A stretch of DNA of 64,000 nucleotides, taken from NCBI RefSeq assembly GCF_056746865.1, contig NZ_CM163382.1, one strand, 5' to 3'. Under the pieces are notes generated by a model. It saw only the letters and a list, made by a program, of their open reading frames with translations, was not told the DNA's origin and searched no databases. The stretch's first letter is position 1. The number at the start of each line of letters is the position of its first letter. This document shows positions 37,232 to 49,467 of the stretch, piece by piece. A program made the position numbers and the translations under genes.

Positions 37232-37675
37232 GTGAACACAATACACTTGCGCTGTCTCTTCAGGATCAATCCCCTGGTCTGGTGCCTGCGGGATGATGTT
37301 GCAGCAGAGCTAAGGTCACTTAGACGCTACTATCATTTATCCAATGGCATGGAATCGAAATCAGTCGATACCCGCAGTATATATCGTGAACTGGGCGCAA
37401 CGCTGAGTTACAACATGCGTCTGGGGAACGGCATGGAAGTTGAGCCGTGGCTGAAGGCGGCTGTGCGCAAAGAATTTGTCGATGATAACCGGGTGAAAGT
37501 GAATAATGACGGTAATTTTGTCAATGATTTGTCGGGCAGACGTGGAATATATCAGGCAGGTATTAAAGCCTCATTCAGCAGTTCGTTAAGCGGGCATCTC
37601 GGGGTGGGGTATAGCCATGGTGCCGGTGTGGAATCCCCGTGGAACGCGGTGGCTGGTGCGAACTGGTCGTTCTGA
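37232..37675 (+). pseudogene. ycgI: Autotransporter beta-domain remnant (YcgI-like)
   Basis: C-terminal ...GVGYSHGAGVESPWNAVAGANWSF beta-barrel terminus without a passenger domain or signal peptide. Confidence 0.6.
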
Positions 37676-37686
37676 CCATCAACGAT

Positions 37687-37714
37687 TAAACTGCGCTTCG
37701 GCGCAGTTTTCGTT
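37687..37714 (+). terminator. Rho-independent terminator
   Basis: AACTGCGC-TTCG-GCGCAGTT followed by TTCGTTT. Confidence 0.65.
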
Positions 37715-38039
37715 TACAGGGTGTTAAAAGGAAAAATTCTGCGGCAAAAAAAGCCCGCCAGTTACGGCGGGAAACCTCATCCTATGGGAGAACAATGAAT
37801 AATGAAATTGCGGGGTTATCATCACCCAGTATACCCATACTAACAATAAGGTTATTTACTCAGCCAGGTATAAACAATTTGATCTGTGTGGGGGGAACGG
37901 CATTAAGGTGTAAAGGGGGGAAGCAATGAGTAGCATCAGCAAGAATACTCGCCGCTCTTATCAAACGTGGATGAGGGGGATGAAAAACGCAAGGCAGAGA
38001 TGACTCTGCCTTGAAGAGAAATGCGCTTTTACAGCGGGC

Positions 38040-38306
38040 CTATTTCAGCTCTTCTGCTTCCGGCAAGGTCACGTTCAGCTCAAGAATAGAAATATCGCCA
38101 TCTTTTTGCTCAAGCTGTACGGTTACCATCTCAGGATCAATTTGTACGTATTTACAAATGACCTCAAGAATATCTTTACGCAACTGCGGCAGATAATGCG
38201 GTTCTGCATCGCTGCGACGGCGTTCAGCAACAATAATCTGCAGCCGTTCTTTTGCAATGTTGGCCGTGTTTTTCTTCCGCGAGAGAAAGAAATCGAGTAA
38301 TGCCAT
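38040..38306 (-). CDS. minE: Cell division topological specificity factor MinE
   Basis: 88 aa [23 protein letters not shown]... Confidence 0.95.
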
Positions 38307-38309
38307 AAC

Positions 38310-39122
38310 TTATCCTCCGAACAAGCGTTTGAGGAAGCCTTTCTTCTCTTCTTCAATGAAGCGGAAAGGACGTTCTTCTCCCAACAGACGTTCTACGGTA
38401 TCTGCGTAGGCTTTACCCGCATCGGCGTTAATGTCGAGAATGACCGGTTCACCCTGGTTAGAGGCGCGCAATACTGATTGATCCTCTGGGATCACGCCGA
38501 CGAGTTTGATGCGCAGGATCTCCAGCACATCTTCCATGCTCAGCATGTCACCTCTGCTTACGCGGCCTGGGTTATAGCGCGTTAACAGCAGGTGCTCTTT
38601 AATAGGCTCTTCGCCATTTTCTGCGCGGCGTGATTTCGACGCCAGAATGCCTAAAATACGGTCAGAGTCGCGTACTGAGGAGACTTCCGGGTTGGTGGTA
38701 ATAATGGCTTCGTCTGCAAAATAGAGTGCCATTAGCGCACCGGTCTCAATCCCTGCCGGGGAGTCGCAAACAATAAATTCAAAGTCCATCGCTTTCAGAT
38801 CATCAAGAACTTTGGCGACCCCTTCACGGGTGAGGGCATCTTTATCGCGAGTTTGCGATGCCGGAAGAATATAGAGATTTTCAGTACGCTTATCTTTAAT
38901 TAACGCCTGATTTAGCGTTGCATCGCCCTGAATGACGTTGACGAAATCGTAAACGACCCGGCGTTCGCAACCCATAATCAGGTCGAGATTACGCAGGCCG
39001 ATATCAAAATCTATCACGACAGTTTTCTTTCCCTTCTGGGCCAAACCAGTGGCGATGGCCGCGCTGGAGGTTGTCTTACCAACACCCCCTTTGCCCGAAG
39101 TAACAACAATAATGCGTGCCAT
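38310..39122 (-). CDS. minD: Septum site-determining ATPase MinD
   Basis: 270 aa, deviant Walker A GKGGVGKTT. Confidence 0.95.
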   Translation of the reverse strand: MARIIVVTSGKGGVGKTTSSAAIATGLAQKGKKTVVIDFDIGLRNLDLIMGCERRVVYDFVNVIQGDATLNQALIKDKRTENLYILPASQTRDKDALTREGVAKVLDDLKAMDFEFIVCDSPAGIETGALMALYFADEAIITTNPEVSSVRDSDRILGILASKSRRAENGEEPIKEHLLLTRYNPGRVSRGDMLSMEDVLEILRIKLVGVIPEDQSVLRASNQGEPVILDINADAGKAYADTVERLLGEERPFRFIEEEKKGFLKRLFGG

Positions 39123-39145
39123 AGAAATTCCTTGTTAAAAAGGGA

Positions 39146-39841
39146 TCAATTTAACGGTTGAACGGTCAAAGCGTTTTCGACTAACTGCAGTCGCGCCGCT
39201 TTGCCATAAAATTCTGCTGGGATTTGATCACTCAGCCAGTATTCACCTGCGATGGACACCAATTCCGCCATCAGGTTCGTGCAAAATATTTGCGTTTCCC
39301 GGTCACCACTTGCCCCTGCCAGCGCACGACCGCGCATCATGCCATAGACATGAATGTTACCATCGGCAATCAATTCGGCCCCAGCGCTAACGTGGCTTGT
39401 AACAATCAGATCACATTGTGGAGCATAAATACGCTGACCGGAACGCACCGGGGTATCTATTAAACGCGTTTTTGTGACCGGCGTTGTATTTTGCGCTGGA
39501 GCCTGCGGTGCGGGAGCTGGACGCGGCGCTTTTTCCTTTCCTTCCGTCAGGATAGGCAGCCCCATTTTTTCAATTTCGGCTTTAAGTTGCGCATCTTTGC
39601 AGCCACTTACGCCAATAACCCGCAAACCGGTTGCCGAAACCGCCTTATGCATCGCTGACCAGTTTACCGGGTCTTCCAGTGCACTGACGTTGAGTACAAC
39701 GGGGGCATGTTTTAAAAATGCGGGGGCCTGAGCGATTTTGTCTTCCAGCGCCTGATGGATAACCTTAGGTTCTGCCTCATGCAGATGAACCACAGATAAA
39801 GTGAAGCTACTGCCTTTAAGCTCGATTGGCGTGTTTGACAT
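39146..39841 (-). CDS. minC: Septum formation inhibitor MinC
   Basis: 231 aa from [20 protein letters not shown]... Confidence 0.9.
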   Translation of the reverse strand: MSNTPIELKGSSFTLSVVHLHEAEPKVIHQALEDKIAQAPAFLKHAPVVLNVSALEDPVNWSAMHKAVSATGLRVIGVSGCKDAQLKAEIEKMGLPILTEGKEKAPRPAPAPQAPAQNTTPVTKTRLIDTPVRSGQRIYAPQCDLIVTSHVSAGAELIADGNIHVYGMMRGRALAGASGDRETQIFCTNLMAELVSIAGEYWLSDQIPAEFYGKAARLQLVENALTVQPLN

Positions 39842-40360
39842 CCTGGCCTTACTCAATTAGCTATTAATCATCGCCAGCGCGCGATGATGTTCCGAAGACT
39901 ATAAGGCATGTTATAGTCTGGATTATATTGAGGCAAGTCACCCTCCCATTTATTCAGAGTAAAAGTCTATTCTGTGATAAATGGCGCTGATTCATAGCTT
40001 AAAAAATATCCTTGTCAATCAACCCATTGCCGTCGTACTTTTGATTGTTCTTATTTACGCTTCCTTTTTCCGCACCCTAATCGTAACAGCATCTTCAGAC
40101 CTGTTTAAATATCCAGTATTGAGGCGAGTGTATTTTTTCACCACGCCAGGCTTTCTTAACTTTCCATTTTTTGCGGCATCATTAAAGAACAGATACCCGT
40201 TATCTTAATATCCGCCACAGAATTGCTCTATCATAGAAACCGCAGAAGACGTCTGATACTTCTGTCAGGTCATCGTAACTCGTCCAGGTCAGCGGTTTTG
40301 ATTACGGATTGATGATGAAATGAGCATAAGTGTTGCACGGTTGGATTATCAGGATGTGCT

Positions 40361-40729
40361 ATGAATATGATGCGTATTATTTATATCGGATTGTCAGGTG
40401 TGGGGATGATGTTCTCATCAATGGCGTCTGGACATGACGCTGGCGGACTTCAATCTCCTGCGTGTGGCGTTGTTTGCGACCCGTATATTTGTGTTAACTC
40501 AGATGGCATTTCCCCAGAGTTAACAAGGAAATATCTCGGCGAAAAAGCCGCTGAAAACTTACAATCAGTACAAGGCTACGATCCCAGCGAATTTACATTC
40601 GCTAACGGTGTATTTTGCGATGTTAAAGAAAAATTATGTCGTGATGATCGTTATTTTGGTGTGGATGGTAAGCGGAGTGGAAAAATCAATCAAACCACCA
40701 CAAAGATGTTATTTATGTGTCGTGAGTGA
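40361..40729 (+). CDS. ycgJ: Secreted protein YcgJ
   Basis: 122 aa with N-terminal signal-like segment. Confidence 0.75.
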   Translation: MNMMRIIYIGLSGVGMMFSSMASGHDAGGLQSPACGVVCDPYICVNSDGISPELTRKYLGEKAAENLQSVQGYDPSEFTFANGVFCDVKEKLCRDDRYFGVDGKRSGKINQTTTKMLFMCRE

Positions 40730-40831
40730 TGTCTTGTTTACATTATGTTCTATTCGTCATTAACCTCTTGAGCGACAGAGAGGAGTGGGGCGTTAACGTT
40801 TATGACGGGGAGAGTCCCCGTCGGTTGACAT

Positions 40832-41233
40832 TTACTTAATTTGAATATCGACGTTATATTTTTTAGTTTTGTTTTTACGGGCGTCGTTTCGAGTTTGCAG
40901 CACTCGCAGCTCATATTTGCCAGAAGCAGGGAGTGAGTATTGTCCGTGACTATCGAGTTCTGGGGAATATCTGGATAAATCAACAGAATCATCGATTCCT
41001 GGCCCGAAGAGGTAAGTATCAGCGCCTTCATTAGAGATACTCACATGCACTTTCTGACCTTTTTTGGCATAGAAGGTATATGTATCGTAATCGTATCCCT
41101 TTATTTCGCCGGAGTACTGAGCGCTGCTATGGCCTTTTCTGAACTCAACATTGACATTCTTACCCGCAGCAAAGCTCGTGGAGGTTAGCAGTGCAAGCAA
41201 TAATACAGCCTTACTGATGCCCTTGATTTTCAT
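40832..41233 (-). CDS. pliG: Periplasmic inhibitor of g-type lysozyme PliG (YcgK)
   Basis: 133 aa with signal peptide. Confidence 0.8.
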
Positions 41234-41473
41234 AGGTAGTCTCCTGTTCAGAATGAGGACGATGAACTGTTATAATATAACAATTCATCACAGGAGAATT
41301 CCAGTGGCTTTCCTGCGTTCGGTTAAATCCCGGCGCGGCATTTTTGCCGGGGGATCACTTATTAAGGGCGCATGGACTGAACAAACCGCAGAAATCTACA
41401 GCTGGCTGGCTTGTGGCGCGGGTTTCATTGATGTTAGCTTATGCCAAAACCTGGCATCTTAAAGAGTAAAAGT

Positions 41474-41767
41474 ATGTTTTGTGTGATTTATCGAAGCAGC
41501 AAGCGTGACCAGACCTATTTATATGTCGAAAAAAAAGACGATTTTTCGCGTGTACCTGAGGAACTGATGAAAGGTTTTGGTCAGCCTCAGTTAGCGATGA
41601 TTCTGCCGCTGGATGGGCGGAAGAAACTGGTCAATGCCGATATTGAAAAGGTTAAACAGGCATTAACCGAGCAAGGTTACTATTTGCAGTTACCGCCACC
41701 ACCCGAAGATTTGCTGAAGCAACATCTTTCCGTCATGGGGCAGAAAACACACGACACGAACAAATAA
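41474..41767 (+). CDS. ycgL: YcgL (DUF709)
   Basis: About 97 aa from [24 protein letters not shown]... Confidence 0.8.
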   Translation: MFCVIYRSSKRDQTYLYVEKKDDFSRVPEELMKGFGQPQLAMILPLDGRKKLVNADIEKVKQALTEQGYYLQLPPPPEDLLKQHLSVMGQKTHDTNK

Positions 41768-41838
41768 CCGATATCCGGCGGTGGCATTATCTTTGTCGGC
41801 GCGGGTTTTCATATCCACGATAAGGTGAGGGGAACGTT

Positions 41839-42498
41839 ATGTATCAACATCACAACTGGCAAGGTGCGCTGCTGGATTATCCGGTGAGTAAAGTAGTCTG
41901 TGTTGGCAGTAACTATGCCAAACATATTAAAGAGATGGGTAGCGCAGTGCCCGAAGAGCCAGTGCTGTTTATTAAACCAGAAACGGCACTGTGCGATCTG
42001 CGGCAGCCATTGGCGATCCCATCCGATTTCGGTTCAGTTCATCATGAAGTCGAACTGGCGGTATTGATTGGCGCGACGCTGCGTCAGGCTACGGAAGAGC
42101 ATGTCCGTAAAGCCATTGCCGGTTACGGCGTGGCGCTCGATCTGACATTGCGTGATGTTCAGGGAAAAATGAAGAAAGCCGGGCAGCCGTGGGAAAAGGC
42201 CAAAGCGTTTGATAACTCTTGTCCGCTTTCCGGGTTTATTCCCGCGGCGGAATTCACCGGCGATCCGCAAAATACAACGCTGGGCCTGAGCGTAAACGGC
42301 GAACAACGCCAGCAAGGTACGACTGCGGACATGATCCATAAAATCGTTCCGCTGATCGCTTATATGAGCAAGTTTTTTACCCTCAAGGCCGGTGACGTTG
42401 TGTTGACAGGCACGCCTGATGGCGTCGGCCCGTTGCAAAGCGGTGATGAGCTGACAGTCACTTTCGATGGGCATTCTTTGACAACTCGCGTTTTGTAA
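41839..42498 (+). CDS. ycgM: Fumarylacetoacetate hydrolase family protein YcgM
   Basis: 219 aa, FAH fold. Confidence 0.85.
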
Positions 42499-42574
42499 TA
42501 CTTTTTGCCGCCTGAAAGCGGCGGCAAAACTTGCATCGCTGTGCCAGACTGGTTATAAGGTGCGTTTTAACGTA

Positions 42575-43036
42575 ATGGCGGAACACCTGATGAGCGATGT
42601 ACCTTTCTGGCAAAGTAAAACCCTGGACGAAATGAGCGATGCGGAATGGGAGTCGTTGTGTGATGGTTGCGGTCAGTGTTGCCTGCATAAACTGATGGAT
42701 GAAGACACCGACGAAATCTACTTCACTAACGTCGCCTGTCGCCAGCTCAATATTAAAACCTGTCAATGTCGGAACTACGAACGTCGTTTCGAGTTTGAAC
42801 CCGACTGCATTAAATTAACCCGTGAAAATCTGCCAACATTCGAATGGCTGCCAATGACCTGCGCTTATCGTTTGCTGGCGGAAGGTAAAGATTTACCTGC
42901 GTGGCATCCGCTGCTTACTGGTTCGAAAGCGGCAATGCATGGTGAACGTATCTCTGTGCGTCATATCGCAGTGAAAGAATCAGAAGTGATTGACTGGCAG
43001 GATCATATCTTAAATAAACCTGACTGGGCGCAGTGA
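42575..43036 (+). CDS. ycgN: UPF0260 protein YcgN
   Basis: About 153 aa from [15 protein letters not shown]..., Cys-rich CDGCGQCC motif. Confidence 0.8.
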
Positions 43037-43242
43037 TAAATTTAATAGATTTTGATGGGGGCTTTCTTAATATACGTCTGGATGCTCGCCATTTCGTAGC
43101 CCTGTTTTTGAAAGCGCTCTGTCATAATGAGAGTTACCCGATACCTTATTATCAACAGGTAACTCTCAATCTTTAAAAAACGGCTGTGTTTTTAAATGTG
43201 ATAAACTTTATACCTTGAGTACATGGAGAGAATAATCGCTTA

Positions 43243-44154
43243 TCAGACTTCAGGTACCTCAAAGAGTGTCTTCTTACCGTGTCTTTTCTGATACTCATTA
43301 CAGGTGTTAATCATTTTTTTGGCCGCTTCTTTTAGCAAAGAAAGCATTAAATCATCATAATCAACGTAGAATCTGGTTGTTTCAGTTTCCGTTTTTATCT
43401 CCCCGATGGCGGCTATTTCGGTGGTTAATTTCAATTTGGCGGCATCGATATCTTTATTCGCTTGTTTAACCGTGTTAGACAGGGTGGTAAAGAAACTCTG
43501 CACAGATTTTAACTTGTTCTTCAATTCTGGAATCAGTTTCCCTTCAACTACGCCCGCAGCAATAGAATAGGAAATGATTAATCCAAATGGACCGGCGACG
43601 ACACCGGCTGCGGCACCGGCATACGCTTCCTTCCTGATTTTATCTACCTGTGACTGGAAATAGCTGCTTTTTTCTGAAAAATCATTGGTTAACTGGCTAT
43701 CTAACGCCAGCAGTTTCCCGGAAGCGTTGTTGAAACTTTGTGAGCTTACCAGCAGGGATTTTTGCGCTTCATTCAGCTTCGTGATGCCGTCATCCAGTAC
43801 CTTAATGAGAATGTCTTTCTGGGCGGATGCTTTCTTCTCATTGTACTCATCAAATAGCAAAATATACGCTGCGAGCAATTGCGTCGCAACACCACACCAT
43901 TCATACACCGTTTGGGTTGCTTCAAAATACTTATCCTGGCTATCCATAAGTAAGGTTTTAATATCGCCAACTAAAACGGAGGCTGCCTGTGAATACTCCT
44001 GTTTAAAGCGACTTAACTCTTTTATGGTTTCATCGAAGGTCTGCCAGGGGATGACCTGATCGAGATATTTATTATAAAGGTCTAATGCTCCATCTGCGGT
44101 TTCGATTGCGTTTTTAACTACCTCTACCGTTTTATCTGCAACGATTTCAGTCAT
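43243..44154 (-). CDS. hlyE: Pore-forming hemolysin E (ClyA/SheA), apparently intact
   Basis: 303 aa from MTEIVADKTVEVVKNAIETADGAL... to ...KKTLFEVPEV. Confidence 0.9.
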   Translation of the reverse strand: MTEIVADKTVEVVKNAIETADGALDLYNKYLDQVIPWQTFDETIKELSRFKQEYSQAASVLVGDIKTLLMDSQDKYFEATQTVYEWCGVATQLLAAYILLFDEYNEKKASAQKDILIKVLDDGITKLNEAQKSLLVSSQSFNNASGKLLALDSQLTNDFSEKSSYFQSQVDKIRKEAYAGAAAGVVAGPFGLIISYSIAAGVVEGKLIPELKNKLKSVQSFFTTLSNTVKQANKDIDAAKLKLTTEIAAIGEIKTETETTRFYVDYDDLMLSLLKEAAKKMINTCNEYQKRHGKKTLFEVPEV

Positions 44155-44486
44155 AATCATTCGCCTCTTTAAATATATAAATTGTAATGAAACTCCTGTT
44201 TTACAACTATTAATGAATTTTACTTCATCTAATTCATAGTTAGCCGGGCGAGATGCGTCAATGTCTTTATTTCTATTAATATGATAAATATCAAACAATG
44301 TTTAATGTCATTATGGCGAATGCTTCTATTCTATTTTTAGCCGGGTGATATTTTTCATTTCTGCTGGATGAGCGTCGTCGCCAGAAGGCCGCGTGAGCAC
44401 AGGATAAGAGAACGAAAAATCAGCAGTCTATGCAGCGACAAATATTGATAGCCTGAATCAGTATTGATCTGCTGGCAAGAACAGAC

Positions 44487-44506
44487 TACTGTATATAAAA
44501 ACAGTA
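44487..44506 (+). promoter_or_regulatory. LexA (SOS) box of the umuDC operon
   Basis: TACTGTATATAAAAACAGTA fits CTGT-N8-ACAG, about 20 bp upstream of umuD. Confidence 0.7.
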
Positions 44507-44525
44507 TAACTTCAGGCAGATTATT

Positions 44526-44945
44526 ATGTTGTTTATCAAGCCTGCGGATCTCCGCGAAATTGTGACTTTTCCGCTATTTAGCGATCTTGTTCAGTGTGGC
44601 TTTCCTTCACCGGCCGCAGATTACGTTGAACAGCGCATCGATCTGAATCAACTGTTGATCCAGCATCCCAGCGCGACTTACTTCGTCAAAGCAAGTGGTG
44701 ATTCTATGATTGACGGTGGGATTAGTGACGGTGATTTACTGATTGTCGATAGCGCTATTACCGCCAGCCATGGTGATATTGTCATCGCTGCTGTTGACGG
44801 CGAGTTTACGGTGAAAAAATTGCAACTACGCCCGACAGTGCAGCTTATTCCCATGAACAGTGCATATTCACCCATTACCATCAGTAGCGAAGATACGCTG
44901 GATGTCTTTGGTGTGGTGATCCACGTCGTTAAGGCGATGCGCTGA
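44526..44945 (+). CDS. umuD: DNA polymerase V subunit UmuD
   Basis: 139 aa, LexA-like self-cleaving fold. Confidence 0.95.
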
Positions 44946-46213
44946 TGTTTGCCCTCTGTGATGTAAACGCGTTTTATGCCAGCTGTGAGACGGTGTTTCG
45001 CCCTGATTTATGGGGTAAACCAGTGGTTGTGCTATCGAATAATGACGGTTGCGTTATCGCCCGAAACGCTGAGGCAAAGGCGCTGGGTGTTAAAATGGGC
45101 GATCCCTGGTTCAAACAAAAAGATCTGTTTCGTCGCTGTGGCGTGGTTTGCTTTAGCAGCAATTATGAGCTTTACGCAGACATGAGCAATCGGGTGATGT
45201 CGACGCTGGAAGAGCTATCGCCCCGCGTCGAGATTTACAGTATTGATGAGGCATTCTGCGATCTGACCGGTGTGCGTAATTGTCGCGATCTGACTGATTT
45301 GGGCAGAGAAATTCGCGCAACGGTACTACAACGTACCCATCTTACTGTTGGTGTGGGGATCGCCCAGACCAAAACGCTGGCTAAGCTTGCCAATCATGCG
45401 GCAAAAAAATGGCAGCGGCAGACGGGTGGGGTGGTGGATTTATCAAATCTGGAACGCCAGCGTAAATTAATGTCTGCTCTCCCCGTGGATGAAGTCTGGG
45501 GGATTGGACGGCGGATCAGCAAAAAACTGGACGCGATGGGGATCAAAACCGTTCTCGATTTGGCGGATACAGATATCCGGTTTATCCGTAAACATTTTAA
45601 TGTCGTGCTCGAAAGAACGGTGCGTGAACTGCGCGGTGAACCCTGTTTGCAACTGGAAGAGTTTGCACCGACAAAGCAGGAAATTATCTGTTCCCGTTCG
45701 TTTGGTGAACGCATCACGGATTATACGTCGATGCGGCAGGCCATTTGTAGTTACGCTGCCCGGGCGGCGGAAAAACTTCGCAGTGAGCATCAATATTGTC
45801 GGTTTATTTCCACGTTTATTAAGACGTCACCATTTGCGCTCAATGAACCTTATTACGGCAATAGCGCGTCGGTAAAACTGCTGACACCCACTCAGGACAG
45901 CAGGGATATCATTAACGCCGCTACGCGATCTCTGGATGCCATCTGGCAAGCGGGCCATCGCTACCAAAAAGCGGGCGTGATGCTGGGAGATTTCTTCAGT
46001 CAGGGAGTCGCGCAGCTCAATTTATTCGATGACAACGCACCGCGCCCCGGGAGTGAGCAATTGATGGCGGTAATGGATACGCTAAATGCTAAAGAGGGCA
46101 GAGGAACACTCTATTTTGCTGGGCAGGGGATCCAGCAACAATGGCAGATGAAGCGTGCCATGCTTTCACCACGTTATACAACGCGAAGTTCTGATTTACT
46201 GCGGGTCAAATAA
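44945..46213 (+). CDS. umuC: DNA polymerase V catalytic subunit UmuC
   Basis: 422 aa Y-family polymerase, start overlaps the umuD stop. Confidence 0.95.
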   Translation: MFALCDVNAFYASCETVFRPDLWGKPVVVLSNNDGCVIARNAEAKALGVKMGDPWFKQKDLFRRCGVVCFSSNYELYADMSNRVMSTLEELSPRVEIYSIDEAFCDLTGVRNCRDLTDLGREIRATVLQRTHLTVGVGIAQTKTLAKLANHAAKKWQRQTGGVVDLSNLERQRKLMSALPVDEVWGIGRRISKKLDAMGIKTVLDLADTDIRFIRKHFNVVLERTVRELRGEPCLQLEEFAPTKQEIICSRSFGERITDYTSMRQAICSYAARAAEKLRSEHQYCRFISTFIKTSPFALNEPYYGNSASVKLLTPTQDSRDIINAATRSLDAIWQAGHRYQKAGVMLGDFFSQGVAQLNLFDDNAPRPGSEQLMAVMDTLNAKEGRGTLYFAGQGIQQQWQMKRAMLSPRYTTRSSDLLRVK

Positions 46214-46258
46214 ACATAGTGGCAGGAAAAAAGCGCTCCCGCAGGAGCGCTGAATGGA

Positions 46259-46789
46259 TTAGCGACCGAACAGATCACGTTTTTTCGCTTTAAACGGCTG
46301 GGAAATCACCACCAGCACCGCGACAATCAGGTAAGCGATAAAAATACCGAGCAACCACTGCGGCATTTCCAGACCTAAAAAATCCCACTGACGCTCGGCG
46401 CAATCGCCAGAGGCGACAAACACTTGCGGCACCCATTTATCCAGCGGCAGCCATTCCGGGAAACGAACCATAAAATCACAGGTCGCAAACGGCGAAGGAT
46501 AGAGCTGAAGCATGGTGTGCTCGTAAGTTAACTGCACACCGCGGAACGCACTATACAACCAGATAACCATCGCTACATAACGCAGCGGAGTTTTCGGGGC
46601 GATCGCGCCAATCAGCGCAGCACCCAGAACGCCGAATAACGCGCAGCGTTCATAAATACAGAGCACGCAAGGTTTCAGTAACATCACATGCTGGAACCAC
46701 AGCGCCGTCAGTTCCAGTGCCAGAGCAGTAAACGCCATCAACAGCCACGCGCCCCGGCCTTGTGAACATTGGTTCAAAAATCGCAACAT
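46259..46789 (-). CDS. dsbB: Disulfide bond formation protein DsbB
   Basis: About 176 aa from [20 protein letters not shown]... Confidence 0.9.
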   Translation of the reverse strand: MLRFLNQCSQGRGAWLLMAFTALALELTALWFQHVMLLKPCVLCIYERCALFGVLGAALIGAIAPKTPLRYVAMVIWLYSAFRGVQLTYEHTMLQLYPSPFATCDFMVRFPEWLPLDKWVPQVFVASGDCAERQWDFLGLEMPQWLLGIFIAYLIVAVLVVISQPFKAKKRDLFGR

Positions 46790-46934
46790 AATCATTTCCC
46801 TGCAATATGCATAGAGTGCGCAGTTTAAACCAATTCATTCGCTGCGCCACCAGGAGGCAGCAAAAATAGGACGCAATTGGACAATTATCGGGCGAAAAGG
46901 CAAACCGGGCATTTATATGCCCGGTAAGTTGTTA

Positions 46935-48476
46935 TCAAAGCGTTGCTATCCAGCCCATTTGCATAAACCATTCGGTTACAGGGGCAAGCGTAAACTCGAC
47001 GCAAAGTAGTCCGACGAGTGTCAGTACGAGGGTGTAAGGCAGGGCCATCCACACCATGCGGCCATAAGAGAGGCGAATCAATGGCGCGAGTGCAGAGGTC
47101 AGCAGGAACAGGAACGCAGCCTGACCGTTCGGCGTAGCGACGGAGGGCAGATTGGTACCGGTATTAATGGCGACCGCCAGCAGCTCGTATTGCTTCAACG
47201 TGATAGCGCCGCTTTCCATTGCCGCTTTCGCTTCGTTGATATAAATCGTCCCCACGAAGACGTTATCCGAAATGGATGACAGCAGACCGTTGAAAATATA
47301 GAACAGCGACAGCTGAGCATGTTCCGATGCCTGCAACACAAACTGAATAATCGGCGAAAACAGTTGTTGGTCGATAATCACCGCGACTACCGAGAAAAAC
47401 ACCGTCAACAGTGCGGTGAATGGCAGAGATTCGGTGAAGGCTTTACCGATAGCATGTTCATCGGTGACACCGGTCAATGATGTCGCCAGAATAATGACCG
47501 ACAAACCAATCAAGCCAACTTCCGCCAGATGCAACGCCAGCGCAGTCACCAGCCAGACGCCAATAATCGCCTGGACAATCAGACGGATTTTATCCTGACG
47601 GGTACGCTGGTGGCGGCTTTGATCGTCAAACTGTTGCAACACTTCGCGGACTTTCTCCGGCAGCGTTTCACCGTAGCCAAACCAACGCAGCTTCTCTACC
47701 AGCAGGCAGGTTAACAGGCCACAAATCAGAACCGGAACGGTCACCGGCGACATGCGCAGGAAGAAATCGCCAAAATGCCAGCCAGCCGCTTTAGCGATGA
47801 TCAGGTTCTGTGGTTCGCCCACCATGGTCATCACGCCGCCTAATGCAGTGCCGACACCGGCATGCATCATCAGGCTACGCAGAAAGCCACGGAACTGTTC
47901 CAGAACCACTTTGTAATGCTTGTCGATATGACTATCGTCTTGCAGGTCGGTATCTTCGGTACGGGAAGAGGCTACGCGGTGATAAATCCCATAAAAACCG
48001 ACTGCAACGCTGATCACCACCGCCACGACGGTTAAGGCATCGAGGAACGCGGAGAGGAACGCCGCCGCCACGCAAAAAGAGAGCGACAGCAGCATTTTGG
48101 AGCGAATGCTTAACAGCAAACGGGTAAATATGAACAGCAATAGCTGTTTCATAAAATAGATACCCGCCACCATAAACATCAGTAACAGCAAGACTTCAAG
48201 ATTTGCCGCCACCTCTTCACGGACGTGTTCCGCGCTGGTCATGCCGATGAATACCGCTTCGATAGCCAACAGACCACCGGGGAGCAGCGGGTAGCATTTC
48301 AGGGCCATCGCCAGAGTGAAAATAAATTCCGCTACCAGCAACCAGCCCGCGACGAAAGGGCTGATGAGGAAAATTAACGGATTTACGATTAAGAAAATGA
48401 TGAGGGCGAGTTTGTACCAGTCGGGGGACTGGCCCAAAAAATTGCGCCATAGCGCGCGGCCCCAGGAGATCTCCAT
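46935..48476 (-). CDS. nhaB: Na+/H+ antiporter NhaB
   Basis: About 513 aa from [22 protein letters not shown]..., polytopic membrane protein. Confidence 0.9.
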
Positions 48477-48697
48477 GATGGTTTCCCTTACCTTACAAAT
48501 AATCAATGATGTTTTTATGTTTAAACGCAAAGCTTAACGGTCAGGCAGGAGTGAGGCAAGTCTTGATAGTCAAGGGGAAAGAGATGCGGAAAATGAAGCC
48601 TTGATCCCTTTTTTCTTCTTTTTGTCTGCTATCAGCGTAGTTAGCCCTCTGGTATGATGAGTCCAACTTTGTTTTGCTGTGTTATGGAAATCTCACT

Positions 48698-49417
48698 ATG
48701 GTCATTAAGGCGCAAAGCCCGGCAGGTTTCGCGGAAGAGTACATTATTGAAAGTATCTGGAATAACCGCTTCCCTCCCGGGACTATTTTGCCCGCAGAAC
48801 GTGAACTTTCAGAATTAATTGGCGTAACGCGTACTACGTTACGTGAAGTGTTACAGCGTCTGGCACGAGATGGCTGGTTGACCATTCAACATGGCAAGCC
48901 GACGAAGGTGAATAATTTCTGGGAAACTTCCGGTTTAAATATCCTTGAAACACTGGCGCGACTGGATCACGAAAGTGTGCCGCAGCTTATTGATAATTTG
49001 CTGTCGGTGCGTACCAATATTTCCACTATTTTTATTCGCACCGCGTTTCGTCAGCATCCCGATAAAGCGCAGGAGGTGCTGGCTACCGCTAATGAAGTGG
49101 CCGATCACGCCGATGCCTTTGCCGAGCTGGATTACAACATATTCCGCGGTCTGGCGTTTGCTTCCGGCAACCCGATTTACGGTCTGATCCTTAACGGGAT
49201 GAAAGGACTGTATACGCGCATTGGTCGTCACTATTTCGCCAATCCGGAAGCGCGCAGTCTGGCGCTGGGCTTCTACCACAAACTGTCGGCGTTGTGCAGT
49301 GAAGGCGCGCACGATCAGGTATACGAAACAGTGCGTCGCTATGGGCATGAGAGTGGCGAGATTTGGCACCGGATGCAGAAAAATCTGCCGGGTGATTTAG
49401 CCATTCAGGGGCGATAA
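48698..49417 (+). CDS. fadR: Fatty acid metabolism regulator FadR (GntR family)
   Basis: 239 aa from [28 protein letters not shown]... Confidence 0.95.
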
Positions 49418-49436
49418 TCCCTTCCGTTTAAAAAGC

Positions 49437-49462
49437 AAACCCCTCAAACGAGGGGTTTTTGT
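49437..49462. terminator. Bidirectional terminator between fadR and ycgB
   Basis: ACCCCTC-AAAC-GAGGGGT flanked by A/T runs on both sides. Confidence 0.6.
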
Positions 49463-49467
49463 TGTTT

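Noticed and set aside
39981-40208. 75-aa hydrophobic ORF in the minC-ycgJ intergenic region
   Set aside because: No convincing ribosome-binding site, AT-rich promoter-like context, and no gene expected here in the K-12 order. Left unannotated but not excluded as a small membrane protein.
43243-44298. 351-aa extended reading of hlyE
   Set aside because: The upstream 48 codons are an in-frame extension through the promoter region. The conserved HlyE start MTEIVADKT at 44154 gives the 303-aa protein.
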